Assembly (NCBI RefSeq): GCF_035714405.1
Contig: NZ_DASTMA010000009.1
Location: 35,152-99,151, forward strand
Length of the DNA stretch: 64,000 nt
Direction: 5' to 3'
Source: Sphingomonas sp.
GTDB taxonomy: Bacteria; Pseudomonadota; Alphaproteobacteria; Sphingomonadales; Sphingomonadaceae
This document shows, one piece after another, positions 47,881-55,969 of this stretch; within the stretch, counting starts at the first letter, position 1; each line of letters begins with the position of its first letter. Made by a program: the position numbers and the translations under genes. A model generated the notes under the pieces. That model did no database searches. It saw only the letters and a list, made by a program, of their open reading frames with translations, and was not told the DNA's origin.

Positions 47881-50800
47881 CCCAGCGCGCCGAGGCTGGC
47901 GGCGAGTTCGTCGACGCGGAACGGCTTGGCGAGGCGCGGCAGGTCGGGCGGGATCGCGTCGAGCGCGGCATAGCCGGATACGACGAGCACCTTCAGCTCC
48001 GGCCGCTCCATCCGCGCCCGGCGGGCAAGGTCGGCGCCGGTCATGCCGGGCATCAGGTGATCGGTGACGAGGTAGTCCGGCCGGTCGGAGAGCATCAGCA
48101 GCGCCTCCTCGCCCGAGCCCGCGGTCGTCACGCTGAGGCCGAGGTCGCGCAGGATCGCAGCCGTCGCGTCGCGCACCGGCGTCTCGTCGTCGACTAGCAG
48201 CACCCGGCCGGTCAGGACGCCGGCTGCGGCCATATCCTCGCGGGGCTCGGTCGGTCCCTCTGGCGCCACCGGCAGCAGCAGCTCGATGCGCGTCCCCTGC
48301 CCCGGCGCGGTCTCGATCCGCATCGCGCCGCCCAGCTGCGAGGCCAGGCCGTGCACCATCGACAGGCCGAGCCCCGTACCCTTGCCGACGCCCTTGGTCG
48401 AGAAAAACGGCTCGATCGCGCGCGCCGCCGTGCCCGCGTCCATGCCGGTGCCGGTATCGCCGACGCTGAGCGTAACGTAGCGTCCGATCAGGCCGGCCGC
48501 CTCCGCGACGCTCGCGTCAGTGGCCGCGGCGATGAGGCGGAGGCGACCGCCGTCCGGCATCGCGTCCCGCGCGTTGACCGCGAGATTGAGGATCGCGAGC
48601 TCGAGCTGGTTCGCGTCGACAAAGGCAAAAGGCAGGTCCGGCGCGAACTCGGTGAACACTTCGACCTGCGGGCCGACGGTGCTCGCCACGAGCGTGACCA
48701 TGTCGCCGAGCAGCGCCGCCAGATTGACCGGGCCGGGCTGCAACGGCTGCCGCCGCGCAAAGGCGAGCAGGCGCTGGACCAGCGTGCGCGCGCGCTCCGC
48801 CGATTCGAGCGCCCCACGGATCAGCCGCGCCTGGCGCTCGTCCTCTCCCGCGCGGCGACCGAGCAGGTCGAGATTGCCGATGATGGGAGTGAGCAGGTTG
48901 TTGAAGTCATGCGCGACACCGCCGGTCAGCTGGCCGAGCGACTCGACCTTCTGCGCCTGCCGCAACGCCTCCTGCGCCTGCGCGAGTTCGTCGCGGCGCT
49001 CGGTTTCGGCGGTCACGTCGCGGCCGATGACATAGGCCTCGCCCTCGCCCGGCGCGGCGCTCCACGCGAAGCGCCGGGCGCTGCCGTCGCTGGCCAGCAG
49101 CCGGGCGGTGAACTCGCCGATCGAGCGCTGGGCGGCGGCGCGGATCGCGGCGGTGGAGATCGCCAGATCGTCGGGGTGGATGAAGCTGGTAAGGCGGCGG
49201 CCGAGCACTTCTGCTTCGGCATAGCCCAGGCTGGCGATTGCCGGATTGACGGCGCGGATGCGGCGGCGGGTGTCGATCACCAACAGCAGGTCGCGCGACA
49301 GCCGCCACATCCGATCGCGCTCGGCGGTGCGTTCGGCGACCTGCTGTTCCAGCGTCTGGTTGAGTGCTTTCAAAGCTTCCTGGGCCTGGCGGCGTTCGGT
49401 GACGTCGCGCACCGTGCCGAGCGTATGAACCGCCACGCCGTTCTCATCGCGTATCACCACGCCGTGCGAGGCGACCCAGCGCAGCGCACCGTCGGGACGG
49501 ATGACGCGGTGCTCGATTGCGAAGTCGTCGCCGCTGCGCGTCAGCCGCGCGGTGCCCCTCGCCATCCACTCGCGGTCATCGGGATGGATCAGCGCGATGC
49601 GCTGTTCGGGCGACAGCGGGCGATCGTGCGGCACGCCCATGATCTCCGCGGCACGCGGCGACCAGCGGCCGCGACCCGTGCGCAGATCCTGCTCCCAGGT
49701 GCCGATCCGGGCACCCTCGACCGCGAGGCGCAGCTGCCGCTCGCTGTCGCGCAGCGCCGCCTCCGCGCGGACCCGCTCGACATGCGCCCAGGAACGCTCG
49801 GTGACCTCGCGGACCAGCGACAGCTCAGGGTCGCTCCATTCGCGAGGCTTCATGTCGTGCACTGCCATCATCGCGGCGAAGCGATCGCCCTTGATGAAGG
49901 GCATGCAGATCGTCGCCTGGATGCCGATCGCGCGGAAGGCGGCGGCGCCGTCGCCTTCGATGTCGGCGATGTCGGTGATGATGAGCGGCCGGCCGGCGAA
50001 CATGTCGGCGACCGCCTGGCTGCCGAAGGTCGCCAGGCTGTAAGTGCCGACGATCGAGGGCGCGCCCGGCGCGTTCCAGTCGCCGCGGATATGGAAGGTG
50101 TCGCCGTCCGGCTCGACATCGGCATAGGCGCAATCGGACGCGCCCAGATGCTGGCCCAGCAGGCGGGTGGTGATCGCCAACACCTGATCCGCGTCGGTGG
50201 CGGTCGCGGTCGCCCGTCCGAGCGTGTCGAGGAACTCCAGCCGCGCCTGATTTTCCTGCACCGCCGCTTCGGCTTCATGCCGCGCGGTGATGTCCAGCGT
50301 GACGGCGAGCACGCCATAGGGTGCACCGTCCGGGCCGCGAATGGCGGATACCGAGTTGCTGACCCAGACCACGCCGCCTTGGGGACAGAGGTAGCGCTTC
50401 TCGTGCGCGAAGGGTGTGCCGTCACGCACCGCGGCTTCGAACAGGGGCAGGTTGCGCGGCAGATCGTCGGGGTGCGTGATCGCCTGCATCGTGAGCTGCA
50501 TGAGCTCGTCGCGGGAGCGGCCGGTGATCGTGCAGAAGCGGTCATTGACCAGGGTGAAGCGGCCAGTGAGGTCGGTCTGCGCCAGTCCGGCGCTGGTCTG
50601 ATCGATCAGTGCCGATAACTGCCGCTCGCGCGCGCGGACCTCCTGCTCCGCCACTTTGGCCTCGGTGATGTCGTGCGCAACGCCGATATAGCCGCCGCGC
50701 TCGCCGATCGTGTCCAGCCGGGGCTGTGAAACCGAACGCAGCCAGCGCCACTCACCGTCCGCGCGGCGATAGCGGGCCTCGACGCTGAAGGTCGCGCCCG

Positions 50801-51080
50801 TGGCCAGCCCGGCCTCCGTCTCGGCACGAACGCGATCCGCATCCTCGCGGTGGAGACCTTCGCGCCAATCGATCAGCAGGGCCGTGGTATAATCGGCGCC
50901 CACGAAGGCGCAATAAGCGCGATTGACGAAGCCACGCTTGCCATCGGGGCGGGTCACCCACATCGGCACGGGCGCGGCATCGGCGATCAGCGCGAATTCG
51001 CCGACCGTCCCCTCGTCCCCGATTATGGGCCCTGCACCCGTCACGGATCGCGCCTTATCAGCGGCGCGATGCCTGTCCAA
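47877..51080 (-). CDS. Cytoplasmic hybrid histidine kinase (PAS-PAS-GAF-PAS-PAS-HK-REC)
   Basis: AHDFNNLL H-box, NLAVNARDAM, DTGTGM, PFFSTK..GTGLGL, receiver LVDD..TDHLMP; start approximate. Confidence 0.92.
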   Translation of the reverse strand: MDRHRAADKARSVTGAGPIIGDEGTVGEFALIADAAPVPMWVTRPDGKRGFVNRAYCAFVGADYTTALLIDWREGLHREDADRVRAETEAGLATGATFSVEARYRRADGEWRWLRSVSQPRLDTIGERGGYIGVAHDITEAKVAEQEVRARERQLSALIDQTSAGLAQTDLTGRFTLVNDRFCTITGRSRDELMQLTMQAITHPDDLPRNLPLFEAAVRDGTPFAHEKRYLCPQGGVVWVSNSVSAIRGPDGAPYGVLAVTLDITARHEAEAAVQENQARLEFLDTLGRATATATDADQVLAITTRLLGQHLGASDCAYADVEPDGDTFHIRGDWNAPGAPSIVGTYSLATFGSQAVADMFAGRPLIITDIADIEGDGAAAFRAIGIQATICMPFIKGDRFAAMMAVHDMKPREWSDPELSLVREVTERSWAHVERVRAEAALRDSERQLRLAVEGARIGTWEQDLRTGRGRWSPRAAEIMGVPHDRPLSPEQRIALIHPDDREWMARGTARLTRSGDDFAIEHRVIRPDGALRWVASHGVVIRDENGVAVHTLGTVRDVTERRQAQEALKALNQTLEQQVAERTAERDRMWRLSRDLLLVIDTRRRIRAVNPAIASLGYAEAEVLGRRLTSFIHPDDLAISTAAIRAAAQRSIGEFTARLLASDGSARRFAWSAAPGEGEAYVIGRDVTAETERRDELAQAQEALRQAQKVESLGQLTGGVAHDFNNLLTPIIGNLDLLGRRAGEDERQARLIRGALESAERARTLVQRLLAFARRQPLQPGPVNLAALLGDMVTLVASTVGPQVEVFTEFAPDLPFAFVDANQLELAILNLAVNARDAMPDGGRLRLIAAATDASVAEAAGLIGRYVTLSVGDTGTGMDAGTAARAIEPFFSTKGVGKGTGLGLSMVHGLASQLGGAMRIETAPGQGTRIELLLPVAPEGPTEPREDMAAAGVLTGRVLLVDDETPVRDATAAILRDLGLSVTTAGSGEEALLMLSDRPDYLVTDHLMPGMTGADLARRARMERPELKVLVVSGYAALDAIPPDLPRLAKPFRVDELAASLGALG

Positions 51081-51086
51081 CGCGTC

Positions 51087-51503
51087 TTAGCCGGAAATCT
51101 TCTCCTTGACCGCCTCCGCCGCCTTGGTCAGCCAGCTCTTCTCGATCTCTTCGGCATCCGCCTTCGTCTTGGCGGCGATACCATGGGGCTCGGCGGGCGG
51201 CGCATAAACGGAAAAAAGCTTCAGCGGTTCGCTGCCGGTGTTGACGATGTTGTGCTCCGCGCCCTGTGGAATGACGATCATGTGGTTCGCCGAGACGCTG
51301 CCCTTGGCGCCGTCGACGATCGCCTGGCCCTTGCCCGCCACGAAGAAGGTGGTCTGGTCGGCACGGTGAGTTTCCATGCCGATCTCCTCGCCGGGCGCCA
51401 GGCTCATCAGCACCACCTGCACGCGCTTGTCGAGGAACACCTCCTTCTGGAAGAAGTCGTTCTCGCCCGCGAGCTTCGCCATGTCCTTGTTGAAGAACGT
51501 CAT
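51087..51503 (-). CDS. Cupin domain protein
   Basis: AGGAGG RBS; GEEIGMETH..DQTTFFVAGKG; IPQGAEHNIVNTG. Confidence 0.88.
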   Translation of the reverse strand: MTFFNKDMAKLAGENDFFQKEVFLDKRVQVVLMSLAPGEEIGMETHRADQTTFFVAGKGQAIVDGAKGSVSANHMIVIPQGAEHNIVNTGSEPLKLFSVYAPPAEPHGIAAKTKADAEEIEKSWLTKAAEAVKEKISG

Positions 51504-51586
51504 CGTGTCGGTGCCTCCTGTTCGGTTCGCAGGCATAACGACGCGCGACCCGGTTCGATGCACCGCCGCCGCCACTAATCTGGGTG

Positions 51587-53680
51587 TCAGAAGCCGCCGC
51601 GTACGCTCAAGGAGAAGATCGGACCGATCAGCCGGTCGCGTCGCTCGACAAAGAGGATAGGCGTGGCGTCGCGGACGCCGGTGAAGACCGTCCGATCGCG
51701 GCGGCTGCGGGCGTTGAGCAGGTTGGTCACCGATGCGCGGACGGTCAGCCCGGCGATGTCCTTGTTCTCGACGAACAGGCTGTCGAACACCGGGCCTTCA
51801 TAGATGCGGTCGACCTGGTCGCGGCGATAGCCGGGCTGATTGTGCGAATATTCCAGGCTGCCGCCATAGGCCCAGTCCGAGCCGGGCAGGTCGCGGCGGA
51901 ACTGCGCTGACATCACCGTGTCGGTGAAGTTGCTGTACTGGCGCGTTTCGCCCGTGAACGGATCGCGCAGCCGCGAATGCTGGAGCAGAACGCGGGTATC
52001 TAGCCTGGCGCCCTTCCAGCCGATCGGATCGAACTGGATCGTGCTCGTCCAGTCGATTGCCGCGGCGCGCGCCTTGGCGATGTTCCCGACGCCCTGACCG
52101 GCAAGGCCGAGCGGCACGACGTCGACGAAGTCCTCCACATCGCGATAGATGACGCGGACCTTGGTCGATCCCCAGGCACCGAACCGACGATTGGCCTCCA
52201 GTTCCAGGGTCCAATCTTGTTGCGGCACCAGCTCGGCATTGCCGCTGTTCGCGTTCTCGTTGTCGAGGAAGACGCGCGCCAGGAAGTCGTAGAAAGAAAG
52301 CTGCAGCACCCGCCGCCGCAGCTTCGCCGACAGATCGAAAACCGCCGAAGGCTTCCACGCCAGCGACAGCGAGCCCTTGGGGCGCAGGAAGCTGCGCGTC
52401 AGCCCGCCCGGGCCGGTCTGCGCGATGGTGGAATGCTCCGCACCCGCGACGATCTGCAACGACAGCTTGGGGCTGAGCGGGCGGCTGAAGCTCAGCAGCC
52501 CCTCATAGCGGTCCTCGTCCACCCTGCCCGTTCCGTCGGAAAAGGGTAGCGGCACATACTGGCCTCCGCCATCGAGCGTGAACAGCGCCGCTTCGTTGTC
52601 GAGGCTGTTGTACGCCGCCTCGCCCGACAGCTGCCAGTCCGCGCCAAACAGCTTCCAGCTATATTCGCCACGCCCGATCCGCTCGCTGAGCTTGCCCGCC
52701 TGAGTATAGCGATCGCCGACGGTGGTGGCGCCGTCCGCGAATGCGGTGACGATAGTCTGCGAAAACGGCTCGAAGCTGAGGCGGTCGAGCCCGATCAGCT
52801 TGAGCCGTCCCGGTCCCAGCGTGAACTCGGCGTCGCCCCCAAACTCGCGATTCCAGCCATCGCCGCCCTGGGCGACGGTGCGCAGGCGATCGGCGGTGCC
52901 GGGCGCGGTGCGGACGCCGCGTTCGTTGTAGCGGTTGTATGTGCGCTGATACTGCGCGTTGACGTTGAAGACGGAGGTGCCTGGCCCGTCGATCGTTGCG
53001 CGGCCCGATATCTTCGGCTCGTTATTGGTGCTGTACCAGACGTCGCGCCGGCGCTCGATCACCGCGCCTGTGGGTCCGAAGATCAGCGTCGGTCCGCCCG
53101 CGCCACCCGAGCCGCCGTCATTGGCCAGCCCCGCCTCGTACTGCACGATGCCGCTGCGGCCGCTGATCGACACATCGCCGCGCGCCAGCACTGCCGGCGT
53201 GTGATGCGCCCGGACCTGCGGGCGCCAGGAGAACTGGCCCGAGAAGTTGTCGGCCTTGCGGATGATGTTCGCCACCTGACCGGACAGGCCCGGCAAGTCG
53301 AGCGTCGCGCCGTCGACGATCTCGATCCGCACGACGTTGGCGGCGGGGATGCGGGTAAGCTGGGTGGCGAGGTCGTCGGACTTGCTCGACAGCCGCTCGC
53401 CGTTGATCAGCACATTACCGGTGGCTTGACCAAGCCCGCGCAATTGCTCGTTCTCGCGGATGGAGAAGCCCGGCACCTGCAGCAGCATGTCATAAGCGTT
53501 ACGCGGCGCGAAACGGGCGAAGTCGGCCGCGACATAGACCTGGCGATCCTTGACGGGCGCCGCGCCTGGCGCGGCGGGCACTTCGGTGGGCACCGGCGCG
53601 GGCGCGCTGCCGGTCGAAACGTCCTGCCCCCACGCGCTCGCGGGGGCGACCAACGCGGTGGCGGCGAGCAAAAAGCGCAT
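51587..53680 (-). CDS. TonB-dependent receptor
   Basis: Signal peptide; plug PRNAYDMLLQVPGF..NVLINGER..RIEIV; C-terminal SLSVRGGF. Confidence 0.9.
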   Translation of the reverse strand: MRFLLAATALVAPASAWGQDVSTGSAPAPVPTEVPAAPGAAPVKDRQVYVAADFARFAPRNAYDMLLQVPGFSIRENEQLRGLGQATGNVLINGERLSSKSDDLATQLTRIPAANVVRIEIVDGATLDLPGLSGQVANIIRKADNFSGQFSWRPQVRAHHTPAVLARGDVSISGRSGIVQYEAGLANDGGSGGAGGPTLIFGPTGAVIERRRDVWYSTNNEPKISGRATIDGPGTSVFNVNAQYQRTYNRYNERGVRTAPGTADRLRTVAQGGDGWNREFGGDAEFTLGPGRLKLIGLDRLSFEPFSQTIVTAFADGATTVGDRYTQAGKLSERIGRGEYSWKLFGADWQLSGEAAYNSLDNEAALFTLDGGGQYVPLPFSDGTGRVDEDRYEGLLSFSRPLSPKLSLQIVAGAEHSTIAQTGPGGLTRSFLRPKGSLSLAWKPSAVFDLSAKLRRRVLQLSFYDFLARVFLDNENANSGNAELVPQQDWTLELEANRRFGAWGSTKVRVIYRDVEDFVDVVPLGLAGQGVGNIAKARAAAIDWTSTIQFDPIGWKGARLDTRVLLQHSRLRDPFTGETRQYSNFTDTVMSAQFRRDLPGSDWAYGGSLEYSHNQPGYRRDQVDRIYEGPVFDSLFVENKDIAGLTVRASVTNLLNARSRRDRTVFTGVRDATPILFVERRDRLIGPIFSLSVRGGF

Positions 53681-53751
53681 CGGCCGTTGCATGCGCCGAC
53701 GGGAAGACTGACGGGTACGCCTCATACCAAGTCCTTGGAGAAGGTGGATCA

Positions 53752-55416
53752 CTAACCGCGCGTATCGACCGTCAAGGCCATACCGGCTTCGGCCTCGGCA
53801 ACCGCTTCGATGCGCATTCCCTCGAAACCCATCGACACTGCGGTTCCCCGCCTCGGCGGGGAACCATCGGTGTCGATTGCGCGCGCGCTGACGGCATCCT
53901 TGGGATCGTCGAGGCGCTGCCCCGCAGCGCGGGTCGTGCGCACATAGTCTCCCGTCACCCCGACCGCGCGCATAGCGGTCAGCTGGTTCATCGTCACGTC
54001 CGGGAAGAGCCGCCGCATCTCGGCGTGATAGGCAGCCGGGATGCCGACCAGGTGCGCGCGCACGACGTCGCGCATGCTCAACGATGGATCGGCGGCGAGC
54101 AGCGCGCGTGCATAGCTTGCGTCGAGTCCGAGAGTGTGCGCCTTGACGATGCTATCCAACTCGCAGTCGGGGAAGACCGCGCGCATCGCGGCGACATAGG
54201 CCGGCTCGATGCCACTCGCGCGGGCATCGATGGCCTGCTCCACGGACAAGTCGTCGGCGATCGTCGTCAGCGACGGCCGAACGGACGGGAGAGATGCAAG
54301 CACCGGCGGCGAGGACGGCCGGGTCTGCGCAGCAACCAACGGCCGCGGAGCAGGCGCCGGGGGTGCCGCGAACACAGCCACCGTAAGCACGGGCGAGACG
54401 GCCGTCACGGCGGCGACCGGCACCCCGCGTGCCGTGGCGGCGAACGGATCAAGCGCGGCCAGCGGCGCCGTCGCGAGGAGTGCGAGAATGGCCCCGGCGG
54501 TGACGAAGCGTCCCGTCGCTGGAGCGCGTCGCCGCGTGCGGTCGAGCACCCGCGCGATACGCCGTTGCAGCGAGTGGCGGCCGGGCGCGACGCCATGCGC
54601 CGCCCGCAGCAAGGGGCCGTTGTCGTGGCGCGCGGCGGTGACCAGCAGCGCCGCATAGTCCGCGTCGCCGATCTCGGTGCGCAGCACCGCGTCGTCGGCC
54701 GCTTCCTCACGGCACTGGTGGCTCCCGCGCGCCAGCCACCAGACCAGCGGATTGAACCAGAACAGCGCACAGACGAGGTTCGCGAACAGGAGTTTGGCCG
54801 AGTCGCGGCGAACGATCTGGGCGAGCTCGTGCGCGATGATCGCCTCCGCCTCACCGGCCGCTTCGACGGCGCGCTCGTCCAGCACGATGGTCGGACGGAT
54901 CACGCCCCAGCTGATCGGTGATCGTAGTTCGTCGCTGACCAGCAGCGCCGTGCCGTCCTTGAACCCCATGCGATGCTGGGCGCGGGCAAGTGCCGCGAGC
55001 CAGACGCCGTCGACCAGGACCGCAGCGCGCCGGCGCAGCCCGAACAAGCGGATGATCGACAACAGCATCGCCGCCAGCAGCAGCGTGAGCGGCACCAGGT
55101 ACAGCGCGACGCCAATGTCCTTCAGATCATAGCCGGAGGTCAGGATCTGGGCGTAGGCGGGAGCCGCTATCCCGCTTCGGACTGCCGCCAATCCTGCATC
55201 GGGCGCGGCACCGGCCATCGGCAGCGGGTTCCAGCTTGGCAGCATCAGCGAACCGATCGGGATGACCGCGACCGCGAGCAACCCGAGGTGCGCAATCGCC
55301 GACCGCTCTCCCGCCGAGCGTCCGCGGCACAGGCCCAGCAGCGCGAGCACGGCGCCGGCGACCAGCGCCGATTTCCAGCCGATCGCCACCAGCATCGCAA
55401 GGTCGGGAAGCATCAC
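53752..55416 (-). CDS. M56 family (BlaR1/MecR1-like) membrane protein with degenerate zinc motif
   Basis: SPISWG..PTIVL, IIAHELAQ in place of HExxH, WFNPLVW, REEAADDAV, LQRRIARVL. Confidence 0.88.
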   Translation of the reverse strand: MMLPDLAMLVAIGWKSALVAGAVLALLGLCRGRSAGERSAIAHLGLLAVAVIPIGSLMLPSWNPLPMAGAAPDAGLAAVRSGIAAPAYAQILTSGYDLKDIGVALYLVPLTLLLAAMLLSIIRLFGLRRRAAVLVDGVWLAALARAQHRMGFKDGTALLVSDELRSPISWGVIRPTIVLDERAVEAAGEAEAIIAHELAQIVRRDSAKLLFANLVCALFWFNPLVWWLARGSHQCREEAADDAVLRTEIGDADYAALLVTAARHDNGPLLRAAHGVAPGRHSLQRRIARVLDRTRRRAPATGRFVTAGAILALLATAPLAALDPFAATARGVPVAAVTAVSPVLTVAVFAAPPAPAPRPLVAAQTRPSSPPVLASLPSVRPSLTTIADDLSVEQAIDARASGIEPAYVAAMRAVFPDCELDSIVKAHTLGLDASYARALLAADPSLSMRDVVRAHLVGIPAAYHAEMRRLFPDVTMNQLTAMRAVGVTGDYVRTTRAAGQRLDDPKDAVSARAIDTDGSPPRRGTAVSMGFEGMRIEAVAEAEAGMALTVDTRG

Positions 55417-55787
55417 TTGCTCTCCTCGCGCGCCTGGGCGACCAGCTTCTCCAACTCATCGAGTTCGTGCGGTTCCAGCCGGCGCTGCATGCCGAGCAGC
55501 GCGGTCGCGGCGCTGACCGGCGAACCGTTGAAGAAGACGCGGACGATCTGGCTCAACGCCGATCGGCGGGCCGTCTTTTCCGACACTCGAGGCAGGTAGA
55601 CGAAGCCGCGCTCTGACTGTTCGCGGCCGACGAAACCCTTGTCCTCCAGCCGCTTCAGCATCGCGCGGACCGCCGAGCCGCTGACCGCGTCGGGCAGGGC
55701 GCCACAGATGTCGGCGACCGTGGACGCGCCGTTTTCATACAGGAGGTCGACGATCTGGCGCTCGCGCGGCGGCAAAGACGACAGCAT
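55413..55787 (-). CDS. BlaI/MecI/CopY family repressor
   Basis: LPPRERQIVDLLY, VRAMLKRLEDKGFV, FFNGS..ALLG. Confidence 0.92.
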   Translation of the reverse strand: MLSSLPPRERQIVDLLYENGASTVADICGALPDAVSGSAVRAMLKRLEDKGFVGREQSERGFVYLPRVSEKTARRSALSQIVRVFFNGSPVSAATALLGMQRRLEPHELDELEKLVAQAREESK

Positions 55788-55802
55788 CGAGCAACCCTCC
55801 CC

Positions 55803-55832
55803 GTTACATTTGTAGCGTGCTACATCTGTAGC
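55803..55832. promoter_or_regulatory. Tandem BlaI/CopY-type operators (TACAnnTGTA x2)
   Basis: TACAttTGTA at 55805-55814 and TACAtcTGTA at 55821-55830, directly upstream of the repressor gene. Confidence 0.8.
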
Positions 55833-55969
55833 GCTGAGTGCGCAAGAGGAAAATCGGGGTGCGACGACGCGCGCCGAGCTCCGCGGTCTGGGGATCTCCG
55901 GGGAAGATGGCGGCGGGCGATCTCGCGTCTACGCCCTCGGGCGGCCGCCGTTCGCCCGAGGTTCCGTGG

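Noticed and set aside
51537-51557. CGAAC..CGTT upstream of the cupin gene as an EcfG promoter
   Set aside because: The spacer is 12 nt, not 16-17.
53681-53751. Riboswitch or Fur/BlaI box upstream of the TBDR genes
   Set aside because: No cobalamin/TPP riboswitch core, Fur box or TACAnnTGTA recognisable here or upstream of 58549.
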